Of a stretch of 43,701 nucleotides of DNA, positions 19,585-28,847 are shown one piece after another; position 1 is the first letter of the stretch, and every line of letters begins with the position of its first letter. The DNA lies in sequence record SRR31156797_2079; one strand, 5' to 3'. The notes below the pieces were generated by a model. It was given only the letters and a program-made list of their open reading frames with translations, did not search any database and was not told where the DNA came from. A program made the translations under genes and the position numbers.

Positions 19585-20403
19585 TTACTTTTTTATTTTT
19601 GTTCCAATTGAATTATTTTCAATAAGTTCCAATAATTGTTCAGGCATTGTTCCGTTGATAATTCTTGCTGACTTTGCACCATTCATTAATGCAATCTCGC
19701 ATGATTCCATTTTAGGAATCATACCACCCTGCACCACACCTCGCTCAATTAACTTCTCAAGATCAACAAGTTGAATATCATGAATGATGGTTTTGGGATC
19801 ATCCTTATCTTCCATTAGTCCATCCACATCGGTTAACACAATATATTGATCAGCATTTAGTGCACCGGCTATGTGTCCGGCAAACATATCGCCATTAACG
19901 TTGTAACCTATCCCATTTTTATCTGCTGCTATACATGAAATCACAGGAATAAAATCTTTCTCAATCAATGTATGTATAAGTTCCTGATTTACCCTTTCCA
20001 CATCACCTACTCTACCCATATCTACCTCTTGCAACTGTCCATCAATCATAGTTTTATGGTTTCTCTTTTTGGCAACAACCAATCCACCATCGCGACCAGA
20101 CAGACCAACGGCTTTGTGTCCGGTTGTATTTAAAAGACTAACCAAATCACTATTAACCTTACCTTTCAAGGTCATTTCCACATGTTCAAAAGCTTCAGGT
20201 GTGGTTTTTCGTTGGCCATCAATAAACTCTGAGTGCACATTTGCATCGGCCAAAGCTTGTTTGATAAATGGTCCACCACCATGAACAATAACCACATCAA
20301 TACCCTTATCTTTGAGTTTTGCAATATTGGTTAAAATCTGCTTTTTCAAAAAATCATTACTCATGGCGTTACCACCATACTTAATAAGTACAAGTTGATT
20401 CAT
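19585..20403 (-). CDS. argB: Acetylglutamate kinase
   Basis: IKYGGNAM, VHGGGP, YNVNGD, LTDVDG, GGMIPK. Confidence 0.95.
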   Translation of the reverse strand: MNQLVLIKYGGNAMSNDFLKKQILTNIAKLKDKGIDVVIVHGGGPFIKQALADANVHSEFIDGQRKTTPEAFEHVEMTLKGKVNSDLVSLLNTTGHKAVGLSGRDGGLVVAKKRNHKTMIDGQLQEVDMGRVGDVERVNQELIHTLIEKDFIPVISCIAADKNGIGYNVNGDMFAGHIAGALNADQYIVLTDVDGLMEDKDDPKTIIHDIQLVDLEKLIERGVVQGGMIPKMESCEIALMNGAKSARIINGTMPEQLLELIENNSIGTKIKK

Positions 20404-20556
20404 AAAGAATTTAAAAATTTAAAAAATGTAAAAAGAAATTAGGCTGGTGATAGGTTTATCCCAGTCATAAATGTAAATAAGGAAATAATAATACCTGTTT
20501 CTTTAAGGTCATATATTAAGTCCAACGAAAATAAAGCAAGAATGTTTTGAAAATTA

Positions 20557-21726
20557 TTAATACAATAAACCAAAATGCCAAAGAGGAATTGTTTGCCCAA
20601 AGCCAAACTCAATATCATCTTTCACTAAATATGCATTTTCAACCTCTTTAATTTGCTTAGCGCTTTTTTTCTGTCCCCCAATTTCAAAAACAAAATCATT
20701 AAATTTGAAATCGCCTCTATCAGGCAATGTTACATCAAAAAGATTTCTAGCCTGATTATAAAAGAAAGTTTCCCTTATATTTCCAATATTTGAATCATCA
20801 TTTGCAAGAGCATATATCAAGTTAGTATTATCGAGAAAAATCTTCTCAATCTTACCAAGTACCCGCACACCTGCAGTATCATTTCTTAATTGAGCAATTA
20901 ATCCAGCCTCTTCAATAAAATGGCAATAATCTGCGACATTGTTACGACTAACCGACATCATACCAGCTAATTTGCTGTAATTGGGTTTAAAAGGAACACT
21001 CTTAGAAATTATTGAAAGTAGTTGCTTTAGTTTTAATCCTGTTGAAACATGCATCCCAGCATAATATGGAATATCGTTCTCCAACGTTTGATTAACTATC
21101 TGCCTAATTCTTATATCAAAGTCATCTTCTTTGGCAAATGGATAATATCCTCTTTTTAAATATTTATTAAAATACAATAATGGATAATCCAGCTTTTTAA
21201 TTTCAACTTTTTGATTTAATAAATTATCAATAGTTTGTTTTTCAATATTGATATCCTCAAATAAAGAAAGATACTCTCTGAATGACAATCCCTGCATATT
21301 ATACATTACGGCTCTTCTACTCAAATCAAAAGCTCCTTTTTTGATATCTAAAACAGATGAACCAGTAAATATTATATTAAGTTCTGGATGATAATCATAA
21401 ATAAGCTTTAATTCACGCGACCACTCAGGATATTTATGAATTTCATCAATAATAAGATATCTGCCCCCAAATTTCACAAAACGATCAGCAAGATCCATGA
21501 GCCGATTCTCAGAAAAATAAATATGCTCAGTAGTTACATACAAAGATCGGCTTAAATCCAGATTATCGCGCATATACTGTAGTACCAGTGTTGTTTTCCC
21601 TACCCCTCTGGGCCCGGTTAGTCCAATCATTCTGTTTTTCCAGTTTATCTGATCATACAAGTATCGAAAAAAACGAGAGCTGGTTCTTTCAATTAATTTT
21701 CTATAATCATCAATTAGCTTTTCCAT
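20557..21726 (-). CDS. AAA+ superfamily ATP-binding protein (AAA_14/DUF4143, COG1373-like)
   Basis: Walker A GPRGVGKT, Walker B LIIDEIH, TGSS, GYYPF; internal HTH-like NYSKLAGMMSVSRNNV; C-terminal GDF..FEIG restriction-nuclease-like motif. Confidence 0.85.
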   Translation of the reverse strand: MEKLIDDYRKLIERTSSRFFRYLYDQINWKNRMIGLTGPRGVGKTTLVLQYMRDNLDLSRSLYVTTEHIYFSENRLMDLADRFVKFGGRYLIIDEIHKYPEWSRELKLIYDYHPELNIIFTGSSVLDIKKGAFDLSRRAVMYNMQGLSFREYLSLFEDINIEKQTIDNLLNQKVEIKKLDYPLLYFNKYLKRGYYPFAKEDDFDIRIRQIVNQTLENDIPYYAGMHVSTGLKLKQLLSIISKSVPFKPNYSKLAGMMSVSRNNVADYCHFIEEAGLIAQLRNDTAGVRVLGKIEKIFLDNTNLIYALANDDSNIGNIRETFFYNQARNLFDVTLPDRGDFKFNDFVFEIGGQKKSAKQIKEVENAYLVKDDIEFGFGQTIPLWHFGLLY

Positions 21727-21754
21727 ATCTATTTCTTTTATCAGAAATCACAAT

Positions 21755-21837
21755 ATTCACTATCATAATTCAAATATACAAATAAATTGCACTATGATTG
21801 TGCAACTTTATCATATTTTTGCACTAAGATAGTGCAA
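21755..21837. promoter_or_regulatory. Three 19-bp palindromic boxes at 32-bp period overlapping the ATPase promoter
   Basis: ATTCACTATCATAATTCAA (21755), TTGCACTATGATTGTGCAA (21787), TTGCACTAAGATAGTGCAA (21819); minus-strand -7 element TATATTTG at 21771-21778. Confidence 0.65.
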
Positions 21838-21882
21838 AAAAATAAAATAAAGACTTGCAATACATAATTATTTAAAATTAAA

Positions 21883-22467
21883 TCAATAGAAAAGTCTAAC
21901 ATCCACATAATCCATTCCAGCATTGCGAGCTGCCTGGAAACCTAGCTCTGCGTCTTCAAAAACCAGGCAATCTTTGGGATCAACATTGATTAATTCTGCA
22001 CATCTTAAAAAGGTATCCGGGGAAGGTTTATGATGCTCCACATCATCAGCGGAAACTAAGTGCTCCACTTTATCACTTAGCCCTATATTATCTATTATTT
22101 GCTGAGCTATACGGCGGAAACTTCCGGTGCCAATTGCCATTGGCATTTTACCGTAATTCTCATTGTATACTTCCAATACTAATTCAATGGGTTTTACTAA
22201 ATGAAGGTTTTCTAAAAAGTTTGATTCTTTTTCGTGCACAATGGTATCCGGATCAAGAGATACATTTTGAGCTTTATTGATCAAATGAACTATCTCCACA
22301 CCCGATTTCCCTGCATAGAAATTTAAGTCTTTTTCGGTATATGTAAAACCAAACTTTGCTCCTGCCTTCTGCCATGCTTTTAAATGAATGGGCATACTAT
22401 CGGCCAGGGTACCATCTAAATCGAAAATGATTCCTTTGTATTTGGAATCAACGTTAATCTTTTTCAT
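21883..22467 (-). CDS. HAD-family phosphatase (beta-phosphoglucomutase/YqaB-like)
   Basis: FDLDGTL motif I, KPSPD, VFEDAELG motif IV. Confidence 0.9.
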   Translation of the reverse strand: MKKINVDSKYKGIIFDLDGTLADSMPIHLKAWQKAGAKFGFTYTEKDLNFYAGKSGVEIVHLINKAQNVSLDPDTIVHEKESNFLENLHLVKPIELVLEVYNENYGKMPMAIGTGSFRRIAQQIIDNIGLSDKVEHLVSADDVEHHKPSPDTFLRCAELINVDPKDCLVFEDAELGFQAARNAGMDYVDVRLFY

Positions 22468-22496
22468 TATGGAATTTTGATTTTTATCTATTTTGA

Positions 22497-22725
22497 GAAC
22501 ACGGATTAAACTGCTTTTTCTTTAAACCTGAAAACAAATATATAAGTTCAAATAAACAATTGAATTTATCACATTATAAATATCAAATGATAAACAGATT
22601 AAAACGGATCTTGACACAAGAAAATTTAACGGACTGCTCTGAATCAATGGTCAACAAAATGTTCCTAAAAATCAGTGATAATCAGTATGAATACAACCTA
22701 AAAAAAATCTGTGTAATCTGTGTTC
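22497..22725. repeat. Degenerate palindromic element built from short motif pairs at ~9-bp spacing
   Basis: Termini GAACACGGATT / AATCTGTGTTC; internal ACAGATTAAAACGGAT, AATCAGTGATAATCAGT and AATCTGTGTAATCTGTG. Confidence 0.55.
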
Positions 22726-22761
22726 GATTTAATGAACTTTTGCTAATTGCAATTCGAATTA

Positions 22762-23229
22762 TTAATACTCGGTTTTATCCTCAAAGTCTTTCCATTTATT
22801 GAATGCTTCCAAAGCCTCCTGTTGCATAATCGAGGAAGTAGATAAACTTCTTTTGGAATAGTCTAACTCCAATTCTTCATAAATAAATTGATCATCGAAT
22901 CCGGCATCCTTAGCATCTGCTTTTGTTGCAGCAAAATATAGTTTATCAAGACGAGCCCAGTAAATAGCACCCAGACACATGGGGCATGGCTCACATGAGG
23001 AATATATTTCACAACCTGATAAATCAAATGTTCCAAGCTTTTTAGCTGCCATTCTTATGGCATTTACTTCAGCATGGGCAGTAGGGTCGTTTGTTTTGGT
23101 AACGCTGTTTCCAGTTTCTGCTATTATTTTTCCGTCTTTTACTATTACTGCACCAAAAGGTCCTCCACCATTATCAATATTCTCAACTGCACATTGTATG
23201 GCTTTTTTCATAAATGATTTATTATCCAT
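22762..23229 (-). CDS. guaD: Guanine deaminase, cytidine-deaminase fold (B. subtilis GuaD type); start 23229 or TTG at 23247
   Basis: GGPFGAVIV, DPTAHAE, SCEPCPMC, GFDD and C-terminal Tyr; downstream of xdhC. Confidence 0.8.
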   Translation of the reverse strand: MDNKSFMKKAIQCAVENIDNGGGPFGAVIVKDGKIIAETGNSVTKTNDPTAHAEVNAIRMAAKKLGTFDLSGCEIYSSCEPCPMCLGAIYWARLDKLYFAATKADAKDAGFDDQFIYEELELDYSKRSLSTSSIMQQEALEAFNKWKDFEDKTEY

Positions 23230-23262
23230 AATTTCTTTCTTTTTCAACTTCTAACGTCCTAC

Positions 23263-24210
23263 TTAATCATTTTTTATCTTTATTATCTCAGCACTTATGC
23301 TGATAGCAATTTCCATTGGAGTATGACTTTTTATGGGCAAACCAATAGGCATATGAATTCTTGAAATTTCCTCTTCGGTGAATCCTTTTTCACTCATTAG
23401 TTTATGAATAGTCGCCACCTTACTCTTGCTACCCATCATTCCCAGATATTTTACCTTTTTACCCACCATCTGCTCTAACACTTCTAAATCATGCATGTGT
23501 CCAACTGTCATAATCACCACATATGTATTTTTATCTTCAGGTACCTGTTTGCCCGACTCATCATATGAAATCACAATCTTCTCATGGGCAGCATCGTTCA
23601 GTTTCATAGTGGAAATATCTGACCGGTTATCAAATACTTTTACATAAAAACCAAGCATCTGCATTACCTTACTCAAATCCACACTCACATGGCCTCCTCC
23701 AAAAATATAGATGGTTTCTTTCAATCCGATTGGTTCTACATAACTCCAATCTAATTCCGATCTAATCTCTGTACCACTTTTTGCAGTACATTTTTCTTCC
23801 GAAAGAAATTGAAGACCATTTCGATCCAAAACGATGCAACCTTCACGTGGCTTCAGTTCAGCCTGTGCAATTTTCTCCAGGCTTGCAACATCATATTCAC
23901 CTAATGGTAAAATCACAAATGTTTGCTCACCAGAACAAATCATTCCAGAACTATCTTCTTCATCTCCAGAATGAACCTGTCTTTTCAGTATTGGAATATT
24001 TGATTTTTCTTTTAAAGCAACTTTAGCCATTTCCACAGCTGCATATTCAGCACTTCCTCCTCCTACAGAGCCTTTCAATTGACCATTTTCAGAAACAGCC
24101 ATCTTAAAACCTACCTTCCCCGGGCTACTACCTTTCGTTTCGATTATAATCATCAGAGCCACTCGATTATTGAATGACAATTGTTCCTTACAAAATTTCC
24201 AGATACTCAT
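23263..24210 (-). CDS. xdhC: XdhC/CoxI family molybdoenzyme accessory protein
   Basis: GSSPG, GSVGGG..E, GMICSG, IFGGGHV, YLGMMGS, PIGL; promoter -7 TATCTTTG at 24229-24236 favours the ATG at 24210. Confidence 0.85.
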   Translation of the reverse strand: MSIWKFCKEQLSFNNRVALMIIIETKGSSPGKVGFKMAVSENGQLKGSVGGGSAEYAAVEMAKVALKEKSNIPILKRQVHSGDEEDSSGMICSGEQTFVILPLGEYDVASLEKIAQAELKPREGCIVLDRNGLQFLSEEKCTAKSGTEIRSELDWSYVEPIGLKETIYIFGGGHVSVDLSKVMQMLGFYVKVFDNRSDISTMKLNDAAHEKIVISYDESGKQVPEDKNTYVVIMTVGHMHDLEVLEQMVGKKVKYLGMMGSKSKVATIHKLMSEKGFTEEEISRIHMPIGLPIKSHTPMEIAISISAEIIKIKND

Positions 24211-24515
24211 ATTTTTTCCCTCCACAAACAAAGATAAAAATCATTCGTTTGAATCTCTCATAATCTAAAATGAAACAATACATATCATGACAAATAATAC
24301 ACAAAACACAGAAACAGTCATCTATTCAGGAAATTTTCATGTAAATTCACTTGATTTTATAATATATTCCCATATATAAATACAAACATTACTCTTTTGT
24401 CCTGCAAAACACATTAAAACTCGAAAATTAGTATATTTATACCTTCAAAGAAATCAGACCTTGGTTTTAAAAGCTGATTAAACCAACAATACTTAAAAAA
24501 CTAAACAACAAATAT

Positions 24516-25709
24516 ATGAGTGAGGTATTTGATAAAATCAATGAATTAGCAGAAAAATACAGAGATTACACTGCTGAAAATCTTTCAAAATTGGTAAAAA
24601 TCAAATCATTGAGTCTGCAAGAGAAAGAAGTTCAAAAGGAGCTTAAAAGACAAATGGAAGAGGCCGGATTTGATGAAGTGCGCATTGATGGATTAGGAAA
24701 TGTGATCGGAAGAATTGGAAATGGCAAGAAAATTCTAGCTATTGATGGCCACATGGATACAGTTGATCTAGGTCAGCTTGAAAATTGGGATTTCGATCCA
24801 CTTGGAGGAGAAATCAAAGACGGATATGTACACGGACGTGGTACTGTTGATCAAGAAGGCGGGCCTGCAGCGTTTGTAACTTCAGGAAAAATTCTGAAAG
24901 AATTGGGATTTGATAAAGACCTTACTATTTATTTCGTTGGAAGTGTAATTGAAGAAGACTGCGATGGGCTCTGCTGGAAATATATTGTGGAGGAAGAAGG
25001 AATAAAACCAGACTTTGCCATTAGCACAGAACCCACCAATCTAAATATATATCGCGGGCACCGTGGCCGCATGGAAATGAAGGTGCATTTTTATGGTACC
25101 TCTTGCCACGGATCAGCGCCAGAAAGAGGTAACAATGCCATTTACAAAGCAGCTAAAATTGCATTAGAAATTGAAAAATTAAATGAGCGTCTTAAAGATG
25201 ATCCATTTCTAGGTAAAGGCACAGTGACCATTTCTGAAATTATTTCAGGATCTCCATCTTTATGCGCTGTGGCCGACTATGCTGCCTTCCACCTTGACCG
25301 TCGCTTGACTTGGGGCGAAACAAAAGAATCGGCTGTTGCAGAAGTTGAAGCATTACTAGAAAGCATGAATGCCAAAGTTGAAGTATTAGAATACAAAGAA
25401 ACAGCTTATACAGGATTAGAATACGGAATGGAAAAATACTACCCCACATGGAAAATTCCAGAAGATGCAGAAATCGTGCAAAAAGGAGTAAGTACATTCG
25501 AAAAGCTTTTCGACAAAGCTCCTAAGGTTGACAAATGGACATTCTCAACTAACGGTGTAACCATCAATGGAATGTATGGAATTCCATTAATTGGATTTGG
25601 TCCGGGTAACGAAGTTTTAGCACACGCTCCAAACGAGAAAGTACCAATTGATGATCTTGTAAAAGCTACTGCATTTTATGCAGGTTTTGCCTACGAAATT
25701 GCCGACTAA
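24516..25709 (+). CDS. ygeY: YgeY family M20 metallo-hydrolase
   Basis: DGHMDTV, GRGTVDQEGG, EEDCDG, GHRGRME, KWTFSTNG, AHAPNE; adjacent to ygeW. Confidence 0.9.
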   Translation: MSEVFDKINELAEKYRDYTAENLSKLVKIKSLSLQEKEVQKELKRQMEEAGFDEVRIDGLGNVIGRIGNGKKILAIDGHMDTVDLGQLENWDFDPLGGEIKDGYVHGRGTVDQEGGPAAFVTSGKILKELGFDKDLTIYFVGSVIEEDCDGLCWKYIVEEEGIKPDFAISTEPTNLNIYRGHRGRMEMKVHFYGTSCHGSAPERGNNAIYKAAKIALEIEKLNERLKDDPFLGKGTVTISEIISGSPSLCAVADYAAFHLDRRLTWGETKESAVAEVEALLESMNAKVEVLEYKETAYTGLEYGMEKYYPTWKIPEDAEIVQKGVSTFEKLFDKAPKVDKWTFSTNGVTINGMYGIPLIGFGPGNEVLAHAPNEKVPIDDLVKATAFYAGFAYEIAD

Positions 25710-25771
25710 ACAATACTAATTAGTTGAAAAAACGTTAAACTGAGAAAATATAATTCAATAGGATATTTAAA

Positions 25772-25841
25772 AGAAAACAGAGAACAGAAAACAGAAAACA
25801 GATTTTAAATTCTGTCTTCTGAATTCTGTTTTCTGAATTCT
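25772..25841. repeat. Inverted array of 7-bp tandem repeats
   Basis: (AGAAAAC/AGAGAAC)x4, then TTCTGTC-TTCTGAA-TTCTGTT-TTCTGAA. Confidence 0.7.
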
Positions 25842-25916
25842 AAAAGTGACAAAACAGCAAGTAATTAAAATATAAATATAGACCCTTGCTTCTAGTGAAA
25901 TTTAAAAATAACAGAC

Positions 25917-27104
25917 ATGAACTTAGCAGATAAAATCAATCAACTTAACCAGATCAAATCTGAGCTATTTAAGAAGGATTTCCTTTTAACCTGGGAAAAA
26001 AGTGATGACGATTTAAAAATGATTTTGGAAGTTGCAGACATCCTCAAAGAGATGCGTGCGCAAAATATATCGCCACGTGTTTTCGATACCGGATTAGCTA
26101 TTTCTAATTTTAGAGATAATAGTACACGTACACGTTTTTCATATGCATCAGCTGCAAACCTATTAGGTTTGGCTGTGCAAGATTTAGATGAACAAAAATC
26201 ACAAATTGCACACGGGGAAACCGTGCGTGAAACAGCCAACATGATCTCTTTCCTATCAGATTTCATCGGAATACGTGACGATATGTACCTGGGTGAAGGA
26301 AACAAATACATGCGTGAAGTTGGAGAAGCCCTGGATGAAGGATTTGAAAAAGGTGTTTTACCTGAGCGTCCAGGTATTGTGAACCTCCAATGTGATATGG
26401 ACCATCCAACACAGTCCATGGCAGACTTACTACACCTCCAAAAAGAATATGGATCACTTGAAAATCTTAAAGGCAAAAAGATTGTAATGAGTTGGGCATA
26501 TTCACCAAGTTATGGAAAACCGCTTTCAGTACCTCAGGGAATCATTGGTTTAATGTCACGTTTCGGAATGGACATTGAATTAGCTTATCCTGAAGGATAT
26601 GATTTAATTCCTGACATTGTAGATATGGCTGGTAAAAATGCTAAAGCAAGTGGTGGAAGCTTCAAAGTAAGCTACGACATGAAAGAAGCCATGAAAGATG
26701 CGGATATTGTTTATCCGAAAAGCTGGGCGCCATTCCACATTATGGAAGAGCGGACCAAGTTGCTTCAGGCCGGAGATAAAGCAGGATTAGATGCGCTGGA
26801 GCAAACCTGTTTAGCCAACAATGCCAAATACAAAGATTGGGAATACGATCATGATAAAATGAAAGTAACCAAAAATCAGGATGCTCTGTACATGCATTGT
26901 TTACCTGCAGATATTTCAGGTGTTTCTTGTAAAGAAGGTGAAGTTAATGCAGATGTATTTGAGAAATATCGCATTAAAACATATCATGAAGCAGGATTCA
27001 AACCATACATTATTGCAGCAATGATGTTTACAAACAAATTCCAGAACCCTGCTGTTACGTTGAAACAAATCATGGATAGTCAGAAAAAAAGAGTTCTTTA
27101 TTAA
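25917..27104 (+). CDS. ygeW: YgeW knotted carbamoyltransferase
   Basis: DFLLTWEK, FRDNSTRT, SQIAHGETVRETANMISF, DHPTQ, WAYSPSYGKPLSVPQG, HCLPAD. Confidence 0.93.
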   Translation: MNLADKINQLNQIKSELFKKDFLLTWEKSDDDLKMILEVADILKEMRAQNISPRVFDTGLAISNFRDNSTRTRFSYASAANLLGLAVQDLDEQKSQIAHGETVRETANMISFLSDFIGIRDDMYLGEGNKYMREVGEALDEGFEKGVLPERPGIVNLQCDMDHPTQSMADLLHLQKEYGSLENLKGKKIVMSWAYSPSYGKPLSVPQGIIGLMSRFGMDIELAYPEGYDLIPDIVDMAGKNAKASGGSFKVSYDMKEAMKDADIVYPKSWAPFHIMEERTKLLQAGDKAGLDALEQTCLANNAKYKDWEYDHDKMKVTKNQDALYMHCLPADISGVSCKEGEVNADVFEKYRIKTYHEAGFKPYIIAAMMFTNKFQNPAVTLKQIMDSQKKRVLY

Positions 27105-27163
27105 ACAATAGTAGATATTTCAAGAAATTGTTCTTCTCATTAGAATGATGTTATAGCGGATTG

Positions 27164-27199
27164 AAACGGAAGTCAGAAATGGCTTCCGTTTTTTGTTTT
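27164..27199 (+). terminator. Rho-independent terminator
   Basis: AAACGGAAGTCA-GAAA-TGGCTTCCGTTTTTT. Confidence 0.8.
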
Positions 27200-27204
27200 G
27201 TCTA

Positions 27205-27452
27205 GACGCGTCTCCAATCAAGGACGTCATCGCGCGGAGTGAAGCGACAAAGCGATCTGTTGGAATAATTTTTCCGGTAGTATTAGGTTAATTGATTCTT
27301 CTGCCACCCGCACCTCCTGACCTCCTAAAGGAGGAACTCATAACACACGAATGGTTAGACTATCTAATAGACACAGCATTTGGGGATCTGATAAAATAAC
27401 CTGTATAGAAAACTTGAGAAAGACTGCTTCGCTACTCTCGCAGTGACGCGTC
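27205..27452. repeat. GC-rich palindromic mini-element (GTCAT.GCG...GATCT / AGA.TGCTTCG...CGCA.TGAC family) with nested sequence
   Basis: Left arm CGTCATCGCGCGGAGTGAAGCGACAAAGCGATCT (27225-27258); right arm AGACTGCTTCGCTACTCTCGCAGTGACG (27421-27448); GACGCGTC at 27205 and 27445; related copy at 43626. Confidence 0.6.
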
Positions 27453-27488
27453 GGTGATTTTGGCTTTGAGCTGTGTCAGCTTATGCAA

Positions 27489-28844
27489 CTATATATATCG
27501 CTCAATAAATTCACCTTCAGGCTTTTCCATAAGCACTCCCTTACAAATAACTTCTTTGCCTTTCACAAATACGTGAGATGGGGCTCCTATGGTTTTGAAG
27601 CCTTCGTAAATATTAATGTCAGTATTTTGGAAATGATTAGCAGCACTAATTATCTGTTCTGTATTGGGATCCCAAATTAATATATCGGCATCGTAACCTT
27701 CTAGTAAATCACCCTTATTCTCCAAACCAAAAATCTTAGCCGGAGCAGTAGCCATCATATTAACCATTTGAGACAATGATATTTTACTTTCGAGCACACC
27801 GTAGGTATAAAGCAGCGCTATTCTATGCTCCACACCTCCTGCACCATTAGGTATTTTCCTGAAATCTTTTTTTCCAACTTTTTTCTGTTCTAATGAAAAC
27901 GGGCAATGATCTGTACCTACAGTTTGTATTTCACCAGTTTTTAATAGTTGCCACAAGCTATTATTATCAGCATCTTTACGTAAAGGTGGACTCAACACAT
28001 ATTTGCAAGTTTTATCAAATCTCCCCTCATATACACTGTCATTTAGAACTAAATATTGTGGGCAAGTTTCCGCCCAGACTTGCTGCCCTTTGGCTTGAGC
28101 AGCTTTTATATGACGCATCGATTCTTCTGTAGAAACATGAACAATGTATAGTGGACAATTCGTTTCTGCAGCCATTTCAATTACTTTCCGTACAGCGTCT
28201 GATTCAGTATGTACAGGTCGAGATTGTGGGTGTGCAATCGGCGATAGAATGCCTTTTTCAGCAAATTCATCTCTTAACTGATCAATTTCATCTCCCATTT
28301 CAGCATGAACAGTTACCATACCGCCTAATTTCCCAACCACATTAAGCACATTAAACAAAGCATCATCTTCTAAACCAACAGCTTTCTTATAAGCCATATA
28401 CACCTTAAAAGATGTAACACCAGCTTCCATACAAGCCTTAATCTCTGATTCAGTATTTTCTGTCCATTCAATAGGACTTACATGAAATGAATAGTCAATC
28501 AATGAACTGGCCGCTTCCCTTTTTCTCTCTTCTAAGGCATTCATTAAAGACTGCCCTGGCAGAGGAGTTACAAAATCGATAATGCTTGTTGTACCACCAT
28601 GCAGCGCGGCAATGCTTCCGGTTTTAAAATCATCAGATGAATATCCTGAAGGAGTTGGTAAATGCATATGCACATGTGGATCAATTCCTCCTGGCATAAC
28701 AATTTTCCCTGATGCATCAATGACATGATCAGGCTCCAGTTCAGCACTTCCAATTTTATAAATTTTTGAATCGCGAATCCATAGATCGGCTTCAAATTGA
28801 TCCTTAGCTGTTACTATTTGCCCACCGGCAATTTTCGTTATCAT
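27489..28844 (-). CDS. hydA: Dihydropyrimidinase / D-hydantoinase family amidohydrolase
   Basis: GGIDPHVH, ALHGGTT, SFKVYMAYK, VHAE, ETCPQYL, GTDHCPF, IPNG. Confidence 0.9.
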   Translation of the reverse strand: MITKIAGGQIVTAKDQFEADLWIRDSKIYKIGSAELEPDHVIDASGKIVMPGGIDPHVHMHLPTPSGYSSDDFKTGSIAALHGGTTSIIDFVTPLPGQSLMNALEERKREAASSLIDYSFHVSPIEWTENTESEIKACMEAGVTSFKVYMAYKKAVGLEDDALFNVLNVVGKLGGMVTVHAEMGDEIDQLRDEFAEKGILSPIAHPQSRPVHTESDAVRKVIEMAAETNCPLYIVHVSTEESMRHIKAAQAKGQQVWAETCPQYLVLNDSVYEGRFDKTCKYVLSPPLRKDADNNSLWQLLKTGEIQTVGTDHCPFSLEQKKVGKKDFRKIPNGAGGVEHRIALLYTYGVLESKISLSQMVNMMATAPAKIFGLENKGDLLEGYDADILIWDPNTEQIISAANHFQNTDINIYEGFKTIGAPSHVFVKGKEVICKGVLMEKPEGEFIERYI

Positions 28845-28847
28845 CAA

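Noticed and set aside
20439..20512. Two short upstream ORFs before argB (MTLKKQVLLFPYLHL; MTGINLSPA) as an attenuator
   Set aside because: No Arg codons and no terminator/antiterminator pair seen; short ORFs are expected by chance; no convincing ARG box either
21755..21837. Mini-CRISPR array
   Set aside because: 19-bp repeats with 13-bp spacers are too short, there are no cas genes, and the boxes overlap a promoter
22560..22802. 80-aa ORF between the HAD gene and guaD
   Set aside because: TTG start, runs through a palindromic repeat and overlaps guaD antisense; no recognisable motif
25940..26476. 178-aa antisense ORF and the other short shadow ORFs in the track
   Set aside because: Nested within well-supported genes; explained by codon bias; no motifs
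24516..27104. YgeY/YgeW as the missing ArgE/ArgF' completing the nearby arg operon
   Set aside because: The families are homologous, but the motifs are YgeW/YgeY-specific, the neighbours are purine-related, and ArgJ makes a deacylase unnecessary
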